From the NCBI RefSeq assembly GCF_009914755.1, contig NC_060936.1: a stretch of DNA of 64,000 nt. One strand, given 5' to 3'. Position numbers and translations under genes: made by a program. Under the pieces are notes generated by a model, which ran no database searches, had not been told where the DNA came from, and saw only the letters and a program-made list of their open reading frames with translations. Shown one piece after another: positions 13,978-29,793 of this stretch (the first letter of the stretch is position 1; every line of letters starts with the position of its first letter). This stretch comes from the human T2T-CHM13v2.0 reference genome, Homo sapiens.

Positions 13978-15939
13978 TCAGTGTCCGGAGCCGTACATTT
14001 TGTCCCACTCCACGAACGAGTCCAGTTCCTTGGCAGAGGCCCTAGGGCCCACCTTGGCCAGCGCCGCCTCCAGGTCCTTGTAGGAGAGGGGGCGCTGCAG
14101 CCCCGGGAGGCCCGCCCCGGCCGCCGCCTGCTGGCACAGCTGCCCCAGCTCGCCCCCAGAGAAGCCCTGCGTGCCCTGCACCAGCGCCGCCAGTTCCCGC
14201 TCACTGAGCGCGCAGCCCTGCTGGGCCAGCGCCCGCTGCAGGATCTGCCCGCGGGCCGGGCTGTCGGGCAGCGCCACGTAGAAGCGGAGAGAGAAGCGCC
14301 GGCGGGTCGCCTCGTCCAGAGCCGCGGGCCGCGAGGTGGTGCCCACAACCAGCACGCCGTCAGCCCCCGCGCCGCAGCCCCCGTCCAGGCAGGCCAGGAG
14401 CGGCACCTGCAGCGCGCCCCCTGCCGCCGCGCCGTCGTCCCGGGCGGGGAGCAGCGCCTCTAGCTCGCTGATGAGGAGTACGGAGGGTGGGCGGCAGCGC
14501 GCGGCCGCGAAGGCGGCCTGGAGGAGGCGCGCGCCCTCGGCGGCGCCGGGCGCAGCCAGGGTCGCGCCGCGCAGGCGCAACAGCGTGGCGCCCAGCTGCG
14601 TGGCGAGGCAGCGGCCCAGCAGCGCTTTGCCCGCGCCCCGCGGCCCAAAGAGCAGGACGGTCCGCGGCGGGCGCAGGCTGCCCGGGTAGGCGGGCGGCCT
14701 GAGCAGGGGCCACACCAGCTCCTCCTCCAGCGCCGCCTTGAGCGCGCCCTGGCCCGCCACATCCGCCCACTGCACCGGGGGCCCGCAGTCCACCATCTTG
14801 CTCGTCACCAGCTCCAGGGCCCCAGGGTCCACGCCTTTGGGAGGCTCCCCCGACGGCACGGCGAACCCCCCACGAGGAGCCGGGGCCCGCTCCGGGAACT
14901 TTTCAAAGGGCTCCAGTTGCGGGCCGTAGACGGGGGAGCCCAGGACCTTGAGGGGGACGCCGCCACCGTACTTGCCCGACGCCTCCTCCGCGGCTCCTGG
15001 CGGCTTGGCCCGGAACCCGTTGCCCCGACATTCGCCGTTGTCCGCGGCGGGGTAGGAGGCTCCGTCAGCCACGGGGGCCTTGGCGGGCTCGTACGCGTAC
15101 TTGCGGTAGCGGCCCTCGGGCCCCTCGTCGGCGGCCTTGCGCTTCAGCGACAGCCCGGATTCGGCACCCGGCGCGGCCGTGGGGAAGCCATAGGCGGTGG
15201 GCGGTGCCGGCGCGGGCAGGGGCGTGGGCGCGGGCAGGCCCGGGGTCAGGTAGGGGGCCGGGGGTGGGCCTGGGGGCGGCGGGAGCGCGCCATAGCCGGG
15301 CTGCGCTGCGTAGCCCCCTGCGGGATAGTTGTACAGCGGCGCTGAGGGCCCGTACCCCGGAGGCGGTGGGGGCTGCAGGAGCGCGGCCGGGGGCGGCGGG
15401 GGCAGCGCGGCGCCCGTCTGCGCGCAGTAACCCGGCGCCAGGTACCCCCCGCCGTAGCCGGCCGCGTACTCGGGCGCCGCCGATGGGCCCCCGCACGCAT
15501 TGCCGGCGTAGAGGGGTTCAGGGAGGTTCCCGGCTAAAACTGGGGAGCCCCCCAGGGCCCCGGAACCGCCGCCACCGCCCGATTTGGTTCCTGGGAGGCC
15601 TTCGTGGAGTGAGGCCAAGGGGTAGGGTGGCTCCGGCCCTGGCCAGGGCTCGGGATCCCCTTTGGCGCCGTTGAGGAAGGAGGCGTCGCTGTACCCGCCC
15701 AGGGCCGGACGCTCGTAGGGAGAATCCAAGACCCCAGAGTACTTCTCTGCATAGCGCTTTAGGAGGTTGGAGGCAGTGAGGGCTGAGATGTCGTCGTGTG
15801 CCCAAGCGTAGTGGCAGCGTTGGCGACCCCCAGGGGGCAACTCCAACTTGTGGGCCGGCGACGGGGTGGTGGAGGAGACGTCCAGGTGCTGCTCTGGCCA
15901 CTGGTTGAGGGGCTGGGCGTGTTCTGGTGTCCAGTGCAT
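13978..15939 (-). CDS. FIGNL2: Fidgetin-like protein 2 (AAA+ family, microtubule-severing clade), 653 aa, whole CDS in one exon
   Basis: Fidgetin-type N-terminus MHWTPEHAQ...WPEQHLDVSSTT...YAWAHDDISALTASNLLKRYAEKYSG, a Pro/Gly/Tyr-rich linker, then an AAA domain (GPRGAGKA, LDEATRRRF) and the end WDKMYGSGH. 1962 nt from ATG 15939 to TGA. Confidence 0.98.
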   Translation of the reverse strand: MHWTPEHAQPLNQWPEQHLDVSSTTPSPAHKLELPPGGRQRCHYAWAHDDISALTASNLLKRYAEKYSGVLDSPYERPALGGYSDASFLNGAKGDPEPWPGPEPPYPLASLHEGLPGTKSGGGGGSGALGGSPVLAGNLPEPLYAGNACGGPSAAPEYAAGYGGGYLAPGYCAQTGAALPPPPPAALLQPPPPPGYGPSAPLYNYPAGGYAAQPGYGALPPPPGPPPAPYLTPGLPAPTPLPAPAPPTAYGFPTAAPGAESGLSLKRKAADEGPEGRYRKYAYEPAKAPVADGASYPAADNGECRGNGFRAKPPGAAEEASGKYGGGVPLKVLGSPVYGPQLEPFEKFPERAPAPRGGFAVPSGEPPKGVDPGALELVTSKMVDCGPPVQWADVAGQGALKAALEEELVWPLLRPPAYPGSLRPPRTVLLFGPRGAGKALLGRCLATQLGATLLRLRGATLAAPGAAEGARLLQAAFAAARCRPPSVLLISELEALLPARDDGAAAGGALQVPLLACLDGGCGAGADGVLVVGTTSRPAALDEATRRRFSLRFYVALPDSPARGQILQRALAQQGCALSERELAALVQGTQGFSGGELGQLCQQAAAGAGLPGLQRPLSYKDLEAALAKVGPRASAKELDSFVEWDKMYGSGH

Positions 15940-15975
15940 CTTCAACAGAGCTGCGGGCAAGAGACAGGAGGTCTG
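15940..15975 (-). other. FIGNL2: Splice acceptor and 11-nt leader of the FIGNL2 coding exon (exon starts at 15950)
   Basis: Minus strand reads CCTCCTGTCTCTTGCCCGCAG|CTCTGTTGAAG-ATG: a polypyrimidine tract plus CAG. Confidence 0.88.
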
Positions 15976-18287
15976 GTGAGGTCTAGCCACCGAGGACCCA
16001 GTGGGCCACTGCTAGCCATAGGCCAGTCCGCCTAGACTGCGGCTTGGACAGGCTGGGCTTCCGGCATCCACCACCTACCGCCCCACTCTCTTGGGGCCCT
16101 CCCTCCAGGCACCAAATACACTTCTTATGTCCCAGGATTAAAGTTGTCTGAAAATATTTTCCTCAGCGCCCAAAGGGGTCTGGAAATGATGTGGTTGGCC
16201 CTAACTTCACCTTGTAGGCAATGGTTATTATTTTTGTCCTGGCCACTCCAGCCATGTCCTTTGCAGGACACGTGATCCTTACTTTCTATGAAGGATCGGA
16301 CAATGGGCGGGACATCCCAGCCCTCGGAATAGTCAAACTCAAGTGAAGCTCGCTCAGTAAGAGATGTTTGTCACCTACCGTGTGCTGGCCACTACAGAGG
16401 CACCAGGGTTATGTAAAGAGTTGTATGAGGCCTGCCCAGAGTCCCTGGCCTAGTGACCCAGAAGTTTGTTATTCCTAAATGCTCTGTTCACCTCAGCCCT
16501 TCCTGAGATTCTGAGATTCCAAGGCCCCGTGTGGGCCTGAGGTCAGAGATGCTGGCGTGTATGGGACTGCCTTATCCATGGGAAACCTCAGTGGCTGACC
16601 CAGAGCATTCATTTCCTTCCCACTTGGTTTTGGCTTCTACCTGATGAAGTCAGAGCACCTGGATTCCAGACCCAGCTGCATGTAATGGCTGTATGCCTGG
16701 GGCAGGTGCTGCCACCTGCTTTATTCCCAATAGGTCTCACCACAATACAAAAATATGTAGAATAAATAGGTCATATGCTGGAGAAGACCGCGGAAAGTTA
16801 ATATACAACAATGCACATCATAGGATGTGGACCACAAATTTGTCTCTGAGCTTCCCAGTAGCCAAATAGGGAGAGGTCATCAGACTCACTGCAAAGTAAA
16901 AAAACACCATTACTCAAAGCAAAAATGTTCCTGTCTTAGAGATCATAGAACTTTTTTTCGTGGTCCTCAGGAAGCAGACCTGTGAGATGTAATAAACAAC
17001 GTCCTTCTTGCCATCCATGCTGTAAACACAGCGGAGATGTTCCTTGGCTGTTCCTGACACCCCCTTAGCACCTCCCAGCGTGAGCCAAACACTCTGGTAA
17101 GGGGATCTGGGGCTTGGGGAATGGTTCTACCCAGGCACAGGGCTCCTGTGGGCCAGCCTGATAAAATATCTCAAAGACTAAGAGGCCCATGGCACACCCA
17201 GCAACAGTCGATGCCGATGATGATTTCTCAAAGCTAAACTTTTGATAAGACAAGTTAACAGGTTCACGTATTCTCATAGGTTCAGTATTCTTTCTTCAAC
17301 GGATTTTTATGGAGCACATTCCAAGTGTTTTGCTAGGCATGGGGAAAGATTGAAAGGTGAATAGGATGGGTCAGTCGGGTGGAGAAGACAGGTAGACAAT
17401 GGCCTCTGTGAAGTGAGAAAACAGGTATGTGCCAAGGGCACTGGGGCTCAGGGCAACTTCCCAAGGAGGTGGTGCCTTTGCTGGACCATGAAAAGTGAGG
17501 GATCAAGTCGACCAGACAGGCTAAAGTGAGCAGGGCATCCCAGATCACAAGAACAACACCTTCAAAGGTGCAGGGCACAGTGCCTTCAGAAAGCCAGGGC
17601 TGCGCTAGCTCACGTACCGTATTCCCTTCCTCAAGGGACTTTACTGCCACCTTCTGGAAAGCTCATAAATCTGGTGTCTGCTGCACTGGAATTGTGAATT
17701 GTGCCCTGTTGGAAAGGCTTGTGGACAACCTACATAACCATCCATATACTTCGAGTCCATAGAGAACACCAAGAAATGTTGGGTCACCAGAGCTTTGAAA
17801 GTGGGTGTATATAGTCGAAGAGGAAGCTGAAGATAACCCGGTGGCTTCTCAGTTCTCCACAGCTGGCCTTCCTAGCAGCAGCTTGTTGACAGCACCCCAC
17901 CCCTGTTGATGCTCTCTACTTCAGGTGACTGTGACCTGACATCAGTGGGAGAAGACATTTGAAAATAAAGCTATTTACTCTCATCCCCACTGCCCTAGGG
18001 AAGGCATGAGCCATAAAAGTGTAGCTTAAAAAGGAAGGTATGTTGAGTTCTTGAGGTTGTCCTGCCCCCATTTGAGAGGTGATGCTGGCCACTGGGCAGG
18101 AGGGAGAGCAGAGTAACAGCTGAGTGCGAGGTCCTTGGGGGCAGATATGCAGCCCTCCAGCTCTTGCCGAGCAGGATCTCCAAAGATCAGAGGCATTACC
18201 TGGTGTGAAAGAGGGTAATTTCCTGGAACATCAGAAATCACAAATGGTTCTGGCTGCAGAGTCTTAGGAGGTAACATCAAAGTTATT

Positions 18288-18590
18288 GGCCAGGCTCAGT
18301 GGCTCATGCCTGTAATCCCAACACTTTAGGAGGCAGAGGCTGGTGGATCACCTGAGGTCAGAAATTCAAGACCAGCTTGGCCAACATGGTGAAACACCGT
18401 CTGTACTAAAAATACAAAAATTAGCCGGGCGTAGTGGCGGGTGCCTGTCATCCCAGCTACTCAGGATGCTGAGGCAGGAGAACCACTTGAACCCGGGTGG
18501 CGGAGGTTACAGTGATCCGAGGTGGCACCACTGCACTCCAGCCTGGGCGACAAGAGTGAGACTCCATCTCAAAACAAACAAACAAACAAA
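18288..18590 (+). mobile_element. Alu (AluS-like)
   Basis: Full dimer with an (AAAC)n tail. Confidence 0.95.
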
Positions 18591-18950
18591 AGTTACACAA
18601 ATGCAAGTATTGTGTTACTATCCAGACCACAAATCTGTTTTTTTTTTTCTATTTACTATTCTGTGCTTTGTTTCCTTACTTAATATGGAAAGAGAGATTT
18701 GACCTTGATGATAGCATTTACCCTGAACATATTAAACTGGACAAGCTGGGGAAAAAGAGTGACATCCTACCCACTAAGGGCACAGACACAGTAAATGAAG
18801 AAGACTCAGATCTGGACTTGTCCACACACATCTTCCCCACCGCCAGCCCCTATGCTCCTAAAGCTGTCAGTGATGTCCCTCATTGCCCAGACTTTTGGGC
18901 CAGGCTCCCTCTCACCAGCCCCTGGCCTGGCCTTCAGCAATCCTTACTGA

Positions 18951-19441
<491 letters not shown>

Positions 19442-19871
19442 GACACTCTTATCTAGACCACCTGATCTCTACTCTCAGTCTTCATTTGGCCCTTCATTAC
19501 CTGGCCCTTCCACTCCAGGTAAATTTCCTCCCATTTTAGCCAGGGCAAAAAATGAAGTCATTGGGCAAAGCTCCCTTACCTCTGGCCCTCTTTTTACCTT
19601 TATCTACATCTGTATCCATCTTGTACCCAGAAGGCCTCAGGGTCCATCCGCCCCAGTTCTCGGCCCCATCAATTATCCCTCCTAGGTGCTGGGCCCGCCC
19701 CCCCACACAGTTAGCTTGATTAATTCTCATCTTCAAAATGACCTCTCTTGACCCTGGGTTCCCCACTAGCTACCAGCTCATCCCTTTTTCCCTTCTTCCT
19801 TCTTTAAGGCATCATTGTCTACATGCAGTGACATGACATCCACTAGAGATCCTTTCAATAATCTAACCAGG

Positions 19872-20221
<350 letters not shown>

Positions 20222-20799
20222 CTAAACTTAGTTCCATAGCGCTACATTTTCCTTTAACCCCTTCCAAGAGAAAGAACTCAGCTGCCAAAGGACCAGCCCC
20301 AACCTAAGGGCGGGAAGAGGGTAGAAGTTTGAGAAGAGTGGGTGAGATTGCCTTACCTGCACACAGGCCCAGAACGATGTCTCACGTGAGTCTGAATACA
20401 CACCAACATGTATGTGCACACCACCAGGGATGTGTACAGATGTGCGCAGCTGCAGGCACATGTGCATATGTTCATGCCTGTGCCTGGCACGCACATGTTT
20501 AAAGTGTGATCTCACTTAGATGCTTCCTGACAGACCCAGGCCTGCCAGGCCTTGCCTTCCTCCCCTAGCCCGCTATAGGTGGAAAATGCTGTCTCCCTGC
20601 CCCCACCCCCAGGCCAGTTACAGCCCTCTTGCTCTGACACAGAGACCCTGGGCCTGCTGCCAGTTTGCCTCCCACAGGAGCCTCAGGAAGGATCTCCCCA
20701 GGACGGGGACCCCATGTCTCCTGTCCAGGTTCACAAGTCACACTCCAATGATCAGTGATGCTGGAGGTGAGGAAAGGCCCTGAGGACATGGGGGAAAGT

Positions 20800-21170
<371 letters not shown>

Positions 21171-23237
21171 TGCCCCAACCTTGCTGAGTGACACTAAACA
21201 AGTAACTTCTCTTTGGGGCTGGGGAAACTTGGTGAATGTTCTGTGAAAAGAGGTTCCTTCCAGTTCTAATATGACGGGCCAGTAGCTGACGCCATTTCCC
21301 CAAAACCCAAGCACTGTGTACAGAACCAGCGCCTGTTCTACGTTTTACATCTCTAATGCAGCCGTCATACCAGCTCTGAGATCAATACTGTTATTGTCAT
21401 CCCCATCGCCTCCCCAGATGAGGAGACTGAGGTACAGAGATTAACACATCTTCAGGGTCACATGGCTGTTACAGAGTGGAGACAGGACTCAAAGCCCAGG
21501 CCCTGAACCACTTGCCTACAAGGGCTCTCTGGCCCAGCCCTTTGTTCTTACAGCCAGAGAATAGCCTGAGTCATTCCACGCTGCACACCTACACTCACCA
21601 ACACTCACTTCCTGGGCCTGTGGAAACAGTGGCTCTGCCCCCGAGTGCTGTGTATTTACCCTTCAGAGCAGGCAGGAGAATTTGTGTCCCCTCCCGGTAA
21701 AACGCCCAAGTAGAGCCTGTCTTTCCCTGTGAAGGGCCATCAGATAACCAGACACACCCCTGGGCTGGGCACACAGTTCCTTATTTGGGTTTTGTGGTTT
21801 TCCCAGGTGGTAGCTGGGACTCTGTGGAGAAAACACTCTCTCTCTCAAACTGCCTGGTTTGGGGAGCAAGGTATTGTTCCTGCGGCAGCTCTTTCTCTGC
21901 AGACCTTGAAGGTGAAGTGCTGCTGTGCACATAGGAAGCTGGAACCCCGCTTGACTCTACCCACAGGACGAAGTCCTTCAAACTCACAGGCAATCAATCA
22001 ATAGTTACGGAAAGAATTACGGGATGGAAGAGTAAAGTCATTCCTAAAACCCCTCCCCTCATTTTTAGGAAGTCTTACAAGGTTCATGAGAGATGATTCA
22101 GCCTTCACAGCTGGCCAGAACACTCAGGCACCTATCTCCCCCGTGGTCCTGCTGCCCTCGGGTCCTGTGGGTGCCTCTCCCATCCCTGAGGACCACAGGC
22201 TCTCCATGCACAGGGCCTGATGCAGGCAGTAGGTATCCCCCCAGGCCACCCTGGCTTCCTGGGGCAGCAAATGCCCTGAGCTGTCACTCTGTGATCATGG
22301 CCAAGACATGAGTTAACCTTACTAAACTCCACTTTCTTCATCTGTCCATTGAGACCGCTGGTTTAGATCAGTGGACCTCTAACCTTCCTTTCTCATTAGA
22401 AACACAAATAAATTTTTTACAGGGTGAGGTAGGAAGAAACCCCAACAACACAGCATCAACACCCTCCTCCAACCCCCGAAGGAGACCCCCAAGATTCCTT
22501 CCGGATCTTCCAGAAATTCTCTGATTCTGGATTCCGTCACCCATAGGGGAGGGAAGGGATTGGACCAAACTGGGCTGGGGGCAGGGTAGGCAAGGAGGGG
22601 CAGCTGTGAGTCGGCTCCAGGCCGGTGTGGAGAAGGGGCCATGCCTCTGGGCAAGCCTCCTCTGAGCTCCATTATCTCAGCCTGGAACAAAGAGGCTGGA
22701 AGGGAGAATCCCATTGTCGGCCTCCCTTATGGAAATCTCATTTATCTATTCACCAAGGCTCCCACAGGCCTTTTGTCCCAGGCTTTTTGTCTGCTGCTTA
22801 CAACGGGTGCCCCAGGGGGTCTCTGGCTGCCTGGCAGAGCTTGAACAGGACTGTGCCCCCTCCTCTAGGCCCTCTCCCTCATGCCAACCCCCCAGTTATT
22901 GCAACAGGAGAGGAGAGGGAGGGGTAACAAGGGGACTCTGGAAGACTGGTCACCTGCCACAGCCCTGGCACCTACCATACAGGAACCTCTTTCCCCAGTT
23001 CTGGGCCAGAGAATAGCCTTCAAAACCTGCCTGGGGGCTGCCCTAGAGCTGGCAAGGGGCCTAGCATGAGTAGGGCTCAACACATGTTTAGGGATGAGCT
23101 AGAGGATGCCATGGGGTGGCTGCATGATTCTTCCTTCCATGATACCTTGAGTGTGCCAGCCACTGTGTGCCAGCTATGACTCCCGGCTTGAGAGGCAAAC
23201 CAGACCACATTGGGACCCATGCCTGCAGACTTGATCA

Positions 23238-23995
<758 letters not shown>

Positions 23996-24011
23996 AATCA
24001 AAATATTGAGT

Positions 24012-24622
24012 TGTTTTTTTTTTTTTTTTTGAGATGGAGTCTCACACTGTCGCATGGGCTGGAGTGCAGTGGTGCGATCTCGGCTCACTGCAACCTCCCC
24101 CTCCTGAGTTCAAGTGATTCTCTTGCCTCAGCCTCCTGAGTAGCTGGGATTACAGGCGCCCACCACTACACCCAGCTAATTTTCTGTATTTTTAGTAGAG
24201 ATGGGGTTTCACCATGTTGGCCAGGCTGGTCTCAAACTCCTGACCTCATGATTCGCCCGCCTTGGCCTCCCAAAGTGCTGGATTACAGGCATGAGCCACC
24301 ACACCCGGCCTACGCTCTTTTTTTCTTGAGACAGAGTCTCACTCTATTGCCCAGGCTGGAGTGCAGTGGCGAGATCACCACAGCCTCAACTTCCCAGGTT
24401 CAAGCGATCCCCCCACCTCAGCCTCCTTAGCAGTTGGGACCACAGGTGCCAGGTACATGCCACCGAGCTTGGCTAATGTTTGTGTTTGTTTGTTTGTTTG
24501 TTTTTGTACAGACAGAGTTTCACCAGGTTGTTCAGGTTGGCCTCAAACTCCGGGGCTCAGGCAGCCCACCCCCTCAGCCTCCCAAAGTGCTGGGATTACA
24601 GGCGTGAGCACAAAACCCAGCC
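24012..24622 (-). mobile_element. Two tandem antisense Alus (AluS-like then AluJ-like)
   Basis: Two consecutive Alu dimers, each with a T-rich tail. Confidence 0.9.
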
Positions 24623-25374
24623 TGTATTACCCTTAAAACAGAGACAACTGTTGATTTTTTGTGCAAATGAAGAATTACAGGAATAAATACAGTTGATAGA
24701 TTAAAAAAATAAGGTCATATAGCTAAAAAAGAAAAAAAGAGGAAAAGAAAGAATGCTGGAGGTTCAGAGACAGCGGAGGTACTTTCGCTAGGGAGTCAGG
24801 AATTCATTTTGCAGCAGTCATGGGGAGCACTGGGGCATGGAGGGGACAGCAGGTCCCAGCTCGGAGGCTCCAGGAGAAAACAAGGAAAGTGCAGAGCTGA
24901 GCAGGGAGTGCTGGCACCCACTCCCCACAGCACCCCAGTTAAGCAGGTATTATTTGCAGATAAAACAGTGCCAGACAGATGTGGCTGGCCCCAGGTCACG
25001 CAATCCTCTGGAGGCCAAGTGGGGACCTGAAAGCAGATCTCCTCCCACTTCCACAGGCTGTGGAAAGGCAAGGATACAAGGCAGGGAGCACACCCCTGAG
25101 CGGGGCATGAGAGCCAAATGCTTTCCTTCCCTGTCCCTAAGCTCACTCCTTGGCGGGAGAGGGGATAGAACAAAGGATGAACCGAGGATGGGTGAGCTGT
25201 CTGAAGTCTCCCTCTTGTGCACTGATCCCACCCTCTTTCAAGAAAGACACTGTTCCCTCGGTTCCCCCTTCTCCTACCTGATCCATTTCCCTCTCTGCTG
25301 GGTCACTCTCATCAGCTCGCAAATATGCTGTTGTAGTTCCCGTTTTAGGAAAAAAAGCCCAAAATATATATACA

Positions 25375-25837
25375 ATTTTGAGACAAGGTCTTGCTCTGTT
25401 GCCCAGGCTACAGTGCAGTAGTGTCCCCATAGCTCACTGCAGCCTCCACCTCCCAGGCTCAAGCATTCCTCCACCCCAGTCTCTTGAGCAGCTGGGACTA
25501 CAGGCACATGCCACCACACCTAGCTAATTTTTAATTTAATTTAATTTATTTATTTTGAGACAGAGTTTTGCTCTGATGCCCAGGCGGAATGCAGTGTCAC
25601 GATCTTGCCTCGCTGCAACCTCTGCCTCCTGGATTTAAGCAATTCTCCTGCCTCAGCCTCCTAAGTAGCTGGGATTACAAGTGCCCACCACCACGCCCAG
25701 CTAATTTTGGCATTTTTAGTAGAGACAGGGTTTCTCTATGTTGGCCAGGCTGGTCTTGAACTCCTGACCTTAGGTGGTCCACCTGCCTTAGCCTCCCAAA
25801 GTGCTGTGATTACAGGCGTGTGCCACTGTGCCCGGCC
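25375..25837 (-). mobile_element. Alu arm plus full Alu, antisense
   Basis: GAGACAAGGTCTTGCTCTGTTGCCCAGGC... and a second dimer ending CCACTGTGCCCGGCC. Confidence 0.9.
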
Positions 25838-25849
25838 CCAAAATAATTT

Positions 25850-27450
<1,601 letters not shown>

Positions 27451-27455
27451 CTACA

Positions 27456-27740
27456 GGATGGATGGACAGACGGACGGATGGATGGATGAATGGACAGACA
27501 AATGGACGGATGGATGGATGAATGGACAGACAAATGGATGGATGGATGGATGGATGGATGGATGAATGGACAGATGGACAGATGGACAGATGGATGAATA
27601 GACAGACGGATGGGTGGATGGATGGATGGATGGATGGATGAATGGACAGATGGACAGATGGACAGATGGATGAATAGACAGACGGATGGGTGGATGGTTG
27701 GATGGATGGATGGATGGATGGATGGATGGATGGATGGATG
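27456..27740 (+). repeat. Compound (GGAT)n/(GGACAGAT)n tandem repeat at the L2 tail
   Basis: Directly visible tetranucleotide array with internal higher-order duplication. Confidence 0.95.
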
Positions 27741-29125
27741 ATCCTAGAGGCTTGAAATGGCCTCTGTGTCCAAATAAAGAAAGCAATCAGGGTGACTAAA
27801 TTTGAGTGTACATGTGATGGTGAGGGTGGCAAGGGGTGAAGCCAGGGGCTCACCTCAGGAATGGATAGGGGAGGGGAGTCCAGAAGGGGCATTTGTGTCT
27901 GTGAACACCAGAGGAAAGTGTCCAGCCCCCAAAGGCACCTATCTCAGCCCCCCAGAGACTCCACAGGGCCTCTTTCTCTTTAAATCTCTCTCCTTCTGTT
28001 ACCCCCCACCCCATTGGGCTTCTGTGGGAGAGGACAAAAGGGGTGCTGGAATTCCCATCAAAGGTCTCTGGACACATGGTAAAGAGATCAGGGCCCTCAG
28101 GATCCTGCTTCCTGGAGGTGCGGAGGCCGCCCCGCCAGTCTGGCTCCTCTCTGGGGTGGGAGATGTGGTGAGGGGTGTGCTCTGGCCCTGGTCTTCTCAT
28201 ATGTCAAATGCCAAACAGCAGGAGGTCGGCCTGGGAGAAGCTGGCCAAGCGGCCCCCATCTGGGCTCTGTGTACGCGTGCACACGCTGACGGGAGGGGAC
28301 AGCACAGATATCCCTGCCTGTGTCCGCGGTCAGGGCCACAGCCAAGCTGTGACCATCTGTTGTTGCTCTGAGAGGCCAGGCCAGGGGCCCAGCACCCTTG
28401 AGGAATGAACCTTCCCTTTCACCCAGCCTTCTAGTGTTTGCAAAGAACTTCATAGTTATCCATCGTTTTCGTCCTCACAATGTCCCTGCCAGATGGGCAT
28501 TATTCTCCCCATTTTATAGAAGAGGAAATGGAGACTCAAGTGTGGAAAGAGATTCTCCCAAGGTCATACAAGCTGTAAGAGGGGAAGTGGGACTCAGCCC
28601 ATGTGTCAACACCTGCCTACCCCAGCCTAGAGGCAGTAAGGCTCTCCAAGGTGCCTCAAAGCACAGGGTCCTCATTTCAAGCTCAAAATAAGCAGATCTC
28701 CAGGGTCAGGCTCTCAGGCACAGCCTCCCACCCATCCCCTGGCTCAACTCCTGCCCAACCCTCCCCCACCACCCCCTCTTCCAGGAAGCCTTCTTGGACT
28801 GACCCCCAAGGAAGTTCCTTAGATGCCTCAAAGTCTAGAGCTCCCTGCAGCCACTTCTTTCCCACTGTGACTGCCATGCTCTCCTTGCATGTTTATCTCC
28901 TCTGTGATCCAGGACCTCTTGAGGGAAGCCCAGTCACCCAAAGGAACAGATGATTCTCTAACTTCAGATGGCCCACACCGCATTCCCCTTCGAGGCAGCC
29001 CAGCAACCTGGGGAAGGAACATAGTGTGGCGGGAAGAGTCCTGCCCAAGGCCACCAGCCCAAAAGGGGCAGAATTGGCACTTGCACTCAAGGACTTTGCT
29101 TCAGCCCTGAACACAGCCTCTAATC

Positions 29126-29330
29126 CTGTACTGTCCAATGACAGGCACTAGCCCCATGTAACTATTTAAATTTGCAGACATTAAAATTTAATAAAATAAA
29201 AATTTTACTTCCTCAGTGGTACTAGCCACATTCCATATGTTCAACAACCGTATGTGGAAGTGGCCACTGTAGTAGACATCACAGACACAGAACCTTTCCA
29301 TCACCATAGAAAGTTCTATCGGACGGAGCT
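29126..29330 (-). mobile_element. MER3-like hAT MITE
   Basis: CTGTACTGTCCAAT...CTAGCCACATT...AGAAAGTTCTATCGGACGGAGCTG, with inverted termini and an AT-rich centre. Confidence 0.7.
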
Positions 29331-29399
29331 GCTCTATCTTGAACTTCTATGGAGTCTCGCTTCTTAAGGTCTTTAGGTAGACTTCCTGCGGATCTAGAC

Positions 29400-29793
<394 letters not shown>

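Larger units (their letters stand above)
13900..16050. promoter_or_regulatory. Intragenic CpG island over the FIGNL2 CDS
   Basis: Extreme GC content and CpG density. Confidence 0.85.

Noticed and set aside
15940-15990. 17-aa extension of FIGNL2 in the ORF track (670 aa)
   Set aside because: Non-AUG start that crosses the splice acceptor at 15950/15951 into intron.
20351-20500. Minus-strand donor CAG|GTAAGG (20357/20356) beside an alternating purine-pyrimidine tract
   Set aside because: No convincing acceptor or reading frame; isolated donors are common in introns.
27456-27740. Repeat array as a possible CRISPR-like structure
   Set aside because: Simple tetranucleotide-derived repeat with no unique spacers, in human DNA.
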